DNA of 32,000 nucleotides from Candidatus Saccharimonadota bacterium (GTDB lineage Bacteria; Bacteroidota; Bacteroidia; Cytophagales; Amoebophilaceae): NCBI RefSeq assembly GCF_964030745.1, contig NZ_OZ034918.1, positions 420,001 to 452,000 of the forward strand, read 5' to 3'. Shown piece by piece: positions 1 to 8,000 of this stretch (position 1 is its first letter; each line of letters starts with the position of its first letter). The notes under the pieces were generated by a model. It saw only the letters and a program-made list of their open reading frames with translations, ran no database searches and was not told where the DNA came from. The position numbers and the translations under genes were made by a program.

Positions 1-1588
1 AGGGATCCATAATAGCTATATCCATATCATCTACAAGAATACTTCCTTTCTGTAGCCTATATAAGCGTTGTAACAATCTAGTAAGCGTACTTTTACCAGA
101 TCCAGATGGCCCCGTAATACCTATGCATGTACCAGCTTCTATAGTAAAAGAGAGATTGCTTAGCACTTCGGGTGTATCCTCCTGGTAACGAAAACTTACA
201 TATTGGAAGGCTACTTTTCCTTTTACCAGAGATGCAACTCCTTTGTGGGTTGTTTCTGATTCGGTCCCTAAGATATCTCCAATACGGCGTAGGGTAACTA
301 TGGTATGTTGAAAGTCCTGCCAAATTTGTACCAAACGTAAAATAGGCTGGGTGACATGGCTAGCGAACATATTAAAAGCAATCAATCCACCAACAGTTAG
401 TTCCCCCTGTAACACGGTCTTTACCCCCAACCATAATAGCAATGCAGTAGTAAGTTTTTGTATCAGGGCAATACCCTGTCCAGCTGTAATGGCCACTTTT
501 TTAGCTGAAAATGCTGCACGTAACGCACAAGCTAATACTTGCTGCCAACGTTTAAGGAAATCTGGTTCAGTGGCAGTGGTCTTTACCACTTCTATACCGG
601 TTATGATTTCGGTTAAATAGGCAGTAGTCAATACATTGGCATCATATGCTTTGGTGACACGATAACGGATCATTGGACCAATGGTTAGCCAAAATAGGGT
701 ATATAGTACTAAAGATACGACTACCAACCAGGCTAATCTGGTAGCATAAATAAACATTACTGCTATAAATAATAAGATAAAAACAATATCGAGTACCAAC
801 ATTAAGGCGGAACCAGTTAAAAACTGACGAATATGGTCCATTTCGCCTACCCGTGCTACAATCTGCCCAGTTTGTCTCTGTAAAAAATAATTTAATGGCA
901 AGTCTAGTAAATGACGATAGAGTTTAGATGAAAGTTCGGCATTAATTTTACTAGATAAGTTGGTAAATATTTTATTTCTCAAGTAACCACAGATAGGCGC
1001 TGCTATGGTAAGGACCAGCATCGCAATAGCCAGTACATGTAAACTAGAGAGGCTTCTACTAACGAGTACTTGGTCTATAACATTTTGAAAGAGCAAGGGG
1101 CTTACCAAGCCAATCAACTGTAGCGCCAAAGACAAAATCAATACATCACGAAACTGGCCCATATGACGTAATATAACAGGAAAAAACCAACGCATACCAA
1201 ACGTAATATCTGAGACTTGCATTTCTTTTTCAGCCAGTAAGACGATTGGGCTATCAGATGTGATCTTAGGAAATGGTTCTTTGAAAGACTGATCGCTCGC
1301 TATATCATACCGCAAACAGGAGCCATCTGCTTCAATTTTTTCAATAACGCTCCACGCTCCATTCAAACAAATGAGTATGGGAAAAGGTAAAGCTAGAAGA
1401 TTCCCATTAACTTTTTCATACCATTTGGCACGTAAGCCAACTATCCTAGCCGCTCTACATAGATCCAAAGCAGTGCATTCAGTGCCATCTGTACCAAGGC
1501 TATGACAAAGACTTTCTTCTGTTGCGATTACTTCAAAGCGTTGAAGGGCTTTAACTAAGGCTGGTATACCATATTTCCCTGTAATCAT
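1..1588 (-). CDS. HlyB-family type I secretion ABC exporter (C39-like domain, TM domain, start of ATPase domain); partial, 3' end lies beyond the window start
   Basis: Not in the ORF track because there is no stop codon in the window. Hand translation from ATG 1588-1586 gives MITGKYGIPALVKALQRFEVIATEESLCHSLGTDGTECTALDLCRAARIVGLRAKWYEK..., then a hydrophobic TM region, then Walker A GITGPSGSGKSTLTRLL (about 121-71, in frame with the ATG). ATGA stop/start overlap with the upstream hlyD-like ORF (1585-1588). The N-terminus parallels the E. coli HlyB C39-like domain as I remember it (DYGLYAL.. / ..[25 protein letters not shown]). Confidence 0.85.
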   Translation of the reverse strand, partial: MITGKYGIPALVKALQRFEVIATEESLCHSLGTDGTECTALDLCRAARIVGLRAKWYEKVNGNLLALPFPILICLNGAWSVIEKIEADGSCLRYDIASDQSFKEPFPKITSDSPIVLLAEKEMQVSDITFGMRWFFPVILRHMGQFRDVLILSLALQLIGLVSPLLFQNVIDQVLVSRSLSSLHVLAIAMLVLTIAAPICGYLRNKIFTNLSSKINAELSSKLYRHLLDLPLNYFLQRQTGQIVARVGEMDHIRQFLTGSALMLVLDIVFILLFIAVMFIYATRLAWLVVVSLVLYTLFWLTIGPMIRYRVTKAYDANVLTTAYLTEIITGIEVVKTTATEPDFLKRWQQVLACALRAAFSAKKVAITAGQGIALIQKLTTALLLWLGVKTVLQGELTVGGLIAFNMFASHVTQPILRLVQIWQDFQHTIVTLRRIGDILGTESETTHKGVASLVKGKVAFQYVSFRYQEDTPEVLSNLSFTIEAGTCIGITGPSGSGKSTLTRLLQRLYRLQKGSILVDDMDIAIMDP

Positions 1589-2934
1589 GGTTCTCGGCAA
1601 GATTGTGAGGTATAGGCGCTAATGGGGCTAAGGAGATAATCTATTACCCGCCGTTTGCCAATTTTAATTTCAGCAGTAATGGTCATACCAGGAGTTAAGC
1701 TTACCGGCTTTCCATCGATCATAATATAATTTTGTTCTAGTTCAATTTGAGCTGGAAAAACGAGTTCAGTCATATGGTGCCTACTACGTTGAACAGAATC
1801 ATGCGATAGGCTGAGCACCTTACCATTGATGGTACCATAACGATGGTAAGGAAAGGCTTCAACTTTTACCGTAACCAATTGTCCTGGCCTGACAAATCCT
1901 ATATGTTTATTATCAATATCAATTGCTGCTTGTTCAGGGGCATTATGTGGCGCGATAATCATTAAGGTTTGACCCGCTTGTACGACACCTCCAATGGTAT
2001 GCACCGCAACCTCCTGTACTATGCCATCTAATGGGGCTGTTAAGATCTGTAAACGGCCCCGATCTTGCGCTTTGGCCAGCTCCTGCTCTGCTATGAATAG
2101 TGCAGATGCTGCCTTATTTAAGGAATCATGCCAAGAACTATGTTTTTGTGCGATATAACTGGCTTTATGCTTTTTCAATGTAGTAGCCCGTGCCTGTAGT
2201 ATTTTTAGTTCTTTTTGCTTGGTAGCAATGGATAATTTGATCTCTAATGCTTCCCTTTCTTTAGACAAGAGTTCCATTTTAGGCATAATATTGGATTTGG
2301 CCAGCTTACGACTGGAAGATAGACGTTGTTCTATATTATGGAGTAGTTTTTGTAAGTATTTTATGCTGGTTTGATGTGCTATTTGTTCAGATCGGTTAAT
2401 CGTTAGTTCTGTATCAAACTTGTTTAACATGGCTTGATGTTCCCTCCAACTACTAGAAAAATGTGCCTTAGCCCTTGCTACTATGGATTTTTCCTTGGGT
2501 ATGCATAGATTCTTTAAGGGGTGTAGCAATGCACTGTAGCGTGCCACTTCTAATTGTTGAAAAGATTTTTGTTCTTTACAGCGACGAATCTCTTGCGCAG
2601 ATCCTACTATGTTCAGAACCAGTAACTTGTCTCCAGCTTTAACATGCGCACCATCTTTTACTAAGATTTTCACTACCTTACTTAATTCATAAGGCTGAAT
2701 AAGCCCTGAACGGCTGGGTACGATAAGCTGACCATGAGCAGTGGCATGAATGTCTAACTCACCCCAGAAAGCCCAAATGAATGTCAAAGAGACCAATATG
2801 CTGATCACCATAGCGGTTACTCTAGCACTTGGTGAAGGGGGACGTTCTATGGATTCAATGTAAGCGGGTAGAAATTCATAGAGGTCATACCGGTCTTGCC
2901 TACCAGAACAGCCAGTAGGATATAGTCGTTCCAT
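1585..2934 (-). CDS. HlyD-family membrane fusion (periplasmic adaptor) protein of a type I secretion system
   Basis: 449-aa ORF. The N-terminus YEFLPAYIESIERPPSPSARVTAMVISILVSLTFIWAFWGELDIHATAHGQLIVPSRSGLIQP parallels E. coli HlyD (EFLPAHLELIETPVS...VEIVATANGKL). It has one N-terminal TM helix, a long coiled-coil-like middle and a C-terminal beta-barrel-like part. It sits between two ABC genes. Confidence 0.9.
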   Translation of the reverse strand: MERLYPTGCSGRQDRYDLYEFLPAYIESIERPPSPSARVTAMVISILVSLTFIWAFWGELDIHATAHGQLIVPSRSGLIQPYELSKVVKILVKDGAHVKAGDKLLVLNIVGSAQEIRRCKEQKSFQQLEVARYSALLHPLKNLCIPKEKSIVARAKAHFSSSWREHQAMLNKFDTELTINRSEQIAHQTSIKYLQKLLHNIEQRLSSSRKLAKSNIMPKMELLSKEREALEIKLSIATKQKELKILQARATTLKKHKASYIAQKHSSWHDSLNKAASALFIAEQELAKAQDRGRLQILTAPLDGIVQEVAVHTIGGVVQAGQTLMIIAPHNAPEQAAIDIDNKHIGFVRPGQLVTVKVEAFPYHRYGTINGKVLSLSHDSVQRSRHHMTELVFPAQIELEQNYIMIDGKPVSLTPGMTITAEIKIGKRRVIDYLLSPISAYTSQSCREP

Positions 2935-2950
2935 GGCTTATTGATATCGG

Positions 2951-5038
2951 TTAAACTTCTGGTTGTAAATCTTCTTGTAGCTTCCATAAACGGGCATAGA
3001 TACCACCTAAGCTTAATAAGGCTTCATGGCTTCCTTGCTCTATTGCTTCTCCTTTTTCCAGTACTATAATTCTATCACAATGCTGCACAGTAGACAAACG
3101 ATGGGCAATGGTAATGATGGTACGCTGATGGGCTATTTTAGCCATATTAGCCTGAATCAAGCCCTGAGATTCTCCATCTAAGGAACTAGTAGCTTCATCA
3201 AAGATCAGTATACTGGGATCGGTTAACAAAGCCCTGGCAATCGCAATGCGTTGCCTTTGTCCGCCCGATAGAGAGCTGCCTCCTTCCGCTAATACGGTAT
3301 CATACCCCATAGGGAGCCGTACAATAAATGGATGGGCACCTGCTAGTTCTGCAGCATCTATGACAGATGCTAAAGAAGCTTGAGGAAAGGATAAAGCAAT
3401 ATTATCACGTACTGTTCTGTTGAATAAGAGGTTCTCTTGCAGCACTACGGCTACTTGCTGGCGAAAGCTGCGTAGCTCTAGGGCATCAAGCCGTATGCCA
3501 TCAAACAATAATTGTCCTTGTTCTGGTATATAGAGTCTTAACAGCAATCTGGCAAGCGTGCTTTTTCCAGAACCTGATGCACCTACTATACCAATATGTT
3601 CACCTGCCTCAATATGTAATGAGATGTTTTGTAAGGCAAGGGGGGCGTCTGGTTGGTAACGAAAGGTTATTTGGTCTAAGGTAATGGCACCTTTTAACTT
3701 TTGTTGTTTCCCTACTGCTGCTTGTTCAACAGGTAAACTAAGTATATCACCCAGCTTATGCACTGCTACCCCGGCCTGAACAAACTGACCCCATAATTCA
3801 ACTAGTTTGGCCAGTGGAAATGAAAAGTTCTGGTAGAGCATATTAAATGCGATCAACCCACCAGTGGTGAGCTTAAGGTCAATAACCAATTTAGCACCAT
3901 ACCATAAAATGAATAGGCTGGTTAGCTTACCAATGGCTTCAACCATATGATGAGATAGGGAAGATAATAGCTGGGTACGGTAACCAGCCCCTACTAAATC
4001 CCTTGTTTGGATTTCCCAACGACTAGCCAGCCGTGGTGCTACCGCTAAACTTTTAACAGTTTCAGCTCCAGCTATACTTTCTGTTAAGAATGCTCTGTTA
4101 GCTGCATTGTATTGGAATTGAGTTTCTAATCTAGCCTGTAGAGGCTTAGTAATACGCCAAGCAATTAGGATATACAAAGGGATAGAGCCAACAACTATTT
4201 TTGTTAATACAGGTGACAACACCCACATTACTAGAAGAAATAGGCTCATAAAGCTAATATCCACTAGCAAAGTAAATAAAGCACCACTTAAAAAGGATCG
4301 AATGCTACCAAGTTGAAATACACGTGCTACTAAGGAGCCAACTTGACGGGTTTTAAAATAGAGCAAGGGTAAGCCTAACAGATGTTTTACTAGTTTAATA
4401 CCCAGTAAAATATCTATGCGATTGGTTGTATGGACATATTGGTATTCGCGTAATCCTTTAAGCACTAGTTCAAAAATACTAGTAACCAGCAAACCAAATA
4501 TGAGTACATCTAAAGTGTTATAGCTTCTATAGGCCAACACTTTATCGATGGCTGCTTGAAAAAATAAAGGAAGGACTAAAGCGAGTAGTTGTAGGATCAA
4601 AGAGAAATATAGTACTTCAGAGAGTATACGGCGATATTGCCAAAATGTGGGGACAAACCAAGACCAATTGAACTTTAATGATGAGTCAGATAATATAATC
4701 ACCTTACCACTCCAATTATTGCTCAGCTGATCTCTAGACCACAGTTCACTATGTGATTGGGTCGGGTGTTGTATTAAGGCATTTGTTTCATCTATATTGG
4801 CTAATATGCGATAGAGGCCATCAACCCCCAGAAAGGCTATAGGTAGATTATTTGCTACAAGATTAGCATATTTTAGTTTTTTTTGTTTTAACCTAACACC
4901 ATAGGCCTTATTTAGGGCCTTTAAGCCAGTAGCAATATCCTGATGTGGGGACCATGTGCTATCTTCTAATACCTTGATACCAGCCAATTCTAGTAACAAT
5001 CGGCTAGCAATTAGCGCGCTCTTTATATCGATTGACAT
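2951..5038 (-). CDS. HlyB-family type I secretion ABC exporter with a cysteine-free N-terminal C39-like domain
   Basis: 695-aa ORF. KFNWSWFVPTFWQYRRILSEVLYFSLILQLLALVLPLFFQAAIDKVLAYRSYNTLDVL closely parallels HlyB (FDFTWFIPAIIKYRKIF...[28 protein letters not shown]). Walker A GASGSGKST, ABC signature LSGGQRQRIAIARAL, Walker B ILIFDEATSSLD. There is no Cys in the first ~130 residues. Confidence 0.92.
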   Translation of the reverse strand: MSIDIKSALIASRLLLELAGIKVLEDSTWSPHQDIATGLKALNKAYGVRLKQKKLKYANLVANNLPIAFLGVDGLYRILANIDETNALIQHPTQSHSELWSRDQLSNNWSGKVIILSDSSLKFNWSWFVPTFWQYRRILSEVLYFSLILQLLALVLPLFFQAAIDKVLAYRSYNTLDVLIFGLLVTSIFELVLKGLREYQYVHTTNRIDILLGIKLVKHLLGLPLLYFKTRQVGSLVARVFQLGSIRSFLSGALFTLLVDISFMSLFLLVMWVLSPVLTKIVVGSIPLYILIAWRITKPLQARLETQFQYNAANRAFLTESIAGAETVKSLAVAPRLASRWEIQTRDLVGAGYRTQLLSSLSHHMVEAIGKLTSLFILWYGAKLVIDLKLTTGGLIAFNMLYQNFSFPLAKLVELWGQFVQAGVAVHKLGDILSLPVEQAAVGKQQKLKGAITLDQITFRYQPDAPLALQNISLHIEAGEHIGIVGASGSGKSTLARLLLRLYIPEQGQLLFDGIRLDALELRSFRQQVAVVLQENLLFNRTVRDNIALSFPQASLASVIDAAELAGAHPFIVRLPMGYDTVLAEGGSSLSGGQRQRIAIARALLTDPSILIFDEATSSLDGESQGLIQANMAKIAHQRTIITIAHRLSTVQHCDRIIVLEKGEAIEQGSHEALLSLGGIYARLWKLQEDLQPEV

Positions 5039-8000
5039 CTTCTATACTATTTGGGACAAATGTATATTCCCTATTATCGGCAGTGCCCATGGGTGAAGTA
5101 TTGCCAGCAACTTGGCCGCTCTGTGACATGCTACACATTTCTTGTTGTAAAAGATTAAGATTAGGCAGATCCTGGATTACTGTAACCACTTTGGATGGAA
5201 GACCATTTTGAATGGTTGACAATAACGTTATTATTTCAGCTGGAATACGGTCTCTATTAGCTTGGCTAATAAGCGCTTCTATAATCTTATTTGCGGAATC
5301 GATATTTTTCAAAATTTGAAAAGCAGTGTCTCCAGCTTTATTAGTCGTTGCAATTAGCTTGCTGAAGGTTTCCCAACTATCACCAATATTCTTAGCATAG
5401 ATGAGTAGTTGTTCAAAAACTTTACCTTCGCCCGTTTGAGCTGCTAGATGCAAAGCAGTGTTGCCAGCTTTGTTCTTAGCTATCATGACTTTCTTCAAGG
5501 TTGCCTCGTCCAAACGTTGCAGTAATTGAGCTACAATGGTAGCATCGGCGCCATGAGCTGCTAAATGCAAAGTAGTGTTGCCAGCCTTGTCTGCATCTTG
5601 TATGACCTCATGCAAAGTTTCTTGATCCAAAGATGCTAATACTTGAGCCAGAACGGTAGGATGACAACCCCTTAAAGCTGTTAGATGGACAACATTGTGC
5701 CCATCATGATTCTTAACCCTTAGGAGCTCCTCGAAGGTTGCTGGATCATCACTAAAAGGTGCTAGTAATTGCTCTACAACAGCAGCATAACCATTTCCAA
5801 CTGCTATATGCAAAGCGGTGTATCCATCTCCATCCTGGGTTTTGATTAACCCCTTTAAGCTTTTCCGATCATCACTAAAAGGCGCCAGTAATTGCTCTAC
5901 AACAAGAGTATGACCATTTACAACTACTCGATGCAAAAGCGTGCTTCCATCCTCGTCTTTAGCTGTTATAAGCTTCTTTAAGCTTTTCTGATCTTCGCTA
6001 AAAAGTGCTAGTAATTGCTTTACAACAGTATCACAACCATTTAAAGCTGCTAGCTCCAAAGCGGTGCATCCATTGCGTTTCGCTTTAGTAGCAATAAATG
6101 GCTTAAGCATGCCTGGGGCTACACTTTTAAAGGCATCTAACACAAAACTTGTAATATTTGGATTCCCTTCTGCTGCTGCAATATGCAATGCAGTGTATCC
6201 TGCTTGGTTCTTAAGCAGATTAGGGTTAGTTTGCCATAACTTGCTAATGGTTGCTCCATATTGTTTCAAGACTGCTGCTGGTAGTGGGTTCTTTTCTAGC
6301 CAAACATCTATAAAAGACCGAACAAATTGATAATCACGTTTTAAGAAAATCTCTTTTAATAGAGATGCTTGCTTTTTTAAGTTTGGCAACTCTTTTGAAC
6401 CATTTTTTATCCAATCTGTACATACCTGGGAGGCAAAATATTCTTCAAAGGTTTGATGAATAGATTTTAAATCGTTACCCTCAGACTTGAATATTCCAGA
6501 TGATAGAGCTATCTCTTGAGATTTTTCTTTTTCTAAAGTAGATTGGGGACCTAATGAAAGAATTGATGATTTGGCCAAACTTTTACCACAATCATTAAGA
6601 TGTTGCTTAATAACCTCTTGGATTGTTGCTTGTGTAATACCTAGTTTCTTCAAATAAATCTCACACTTTTGATTAATAAATCCTTTGTAGACTTCCCATA
6701 TATTATTGCCTAAATAATCAAAATTGGGGACATCATTAGGATGAATTGCCCAATTCTTGAATGCTTTTATAGAGCCATTTTGCCCTAAGAACAAGCAAAA
6801 CTGTAGCGGCACACCTATAAACCTAGATCCATCACCTTTAAATACGGATTGCATTTTTTCTATCAATACTTCAGTATACTTCCACATTTTTGTACCCTCC
6901 TGCACTACACCGCCATCACTAAAAATGTCTACAAACACTTCTTCATTTAAAAGCAACGATAGGCAACCTTTTAGGTAGTTACTTATAAAGATTCTTTTTG
7001 TTGCATCATCCATGGGCTGAAAAGTTATAGCAAATGTCGATAAAGCATCTTCTAGCATTTCACGATGGTGCAAACGAGTGGTAACCCAAACCTTGGCATT
7101 GGTTTTATTTTTTAAAAATTTTAATAACGCAACAACCTGCTCCCTATCTCTTTGATCTGGTATTTCATCAAAACCATCAAATGTTATGAATAGAGGCTTG
7201 CGGCAGCCTTCTTTCTCATCCAAAGCGGATATTAGCAAATTTTGGGCAAAGCTATTATCCAAACTTGAGTCAATATAGGATAAGCATTTTGCTATGTTAT
7301 TAACATCGATATGATCAGCATCAATACCTTCCTTGATTGCTTTTAAATGATCTCTAAAATTTACATGGATAACCCAATCTGGAGCAAGCATTCCATTCGA
7401 TCCATCTTTTGAGCCATATAATTTTATTAAAGTAGTTGATTTGCCCATTCCTGGATCATCAGCAATAATTACTGCTTGCTCAGCTTTAATAGCTTCAAGT
7501 AAGCTATCTTGTTTCTCTAAAATTATTTTATTTTGACTTTCATCAATATATTCGCGCAGATTTCTTAATGAACCTTTAGAATTACGCCAAATAATTTGCT
7601 CGGAACCCTCATTGGTCTCTACCTCCAACCAGTGAACAGTACCATTAAGCTCATTAAATTTTACCCTTGCTACTTCTGGATTTTCTATAACAGAAATTCG
7701 ATTGTTATCTAATTGACGATCATTTAAACCAAGAAATTTTTTAAGTTCTTTATCTTTTTTTCCACTAAATATAAATTTATCTTCTATTGCTTTCTTGGTG
7801 AGCGATGCTTTTATATTTTTTTTTATCACTACCTTATCTATCCTGTTAAAATTCCGCTCAATGTAAAAGTCAGGATTATAAAGCTTTTGTAATATAAATT
7901 TTGATGCATCCCAATTAATCCAATAGATCTTCTTGTCTGAGTGATGATGACATAGCTGCTTAAAATTAGCTTCTTTAAATCCACTATCAACTAGCTGTAT

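Noticed and set aside
93-620. ORF-track entries 93-323 (-) and 351-620 (+)
   Set aside because: They lie inside or antisense to the much longer HlyB-like reading frame (1-1588, minus strand), which has clear Walker A and TM-domain content. They are shadow ORFs.
5745-6113. Regularly spaced direct repeats as a possible CRISPR array (also 31226-31759)
   Set aside because: Both repeat sets are in frame inside long ORFs (ankyrin units; 89-aa duplication). Their periods are 123 and 267 bp and they lack a short-repeat/unique-spacer structure.
6064-6978. Plus-strand ORFs 6064-6330 and 6757-6978 (and 10318-10503) opposite the giant gene
   Set aside because: They are antisense shadow ORFs within a 5.5-kb ORF that has strong domain signatures. 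Their composition is low-complexity with no motifs.
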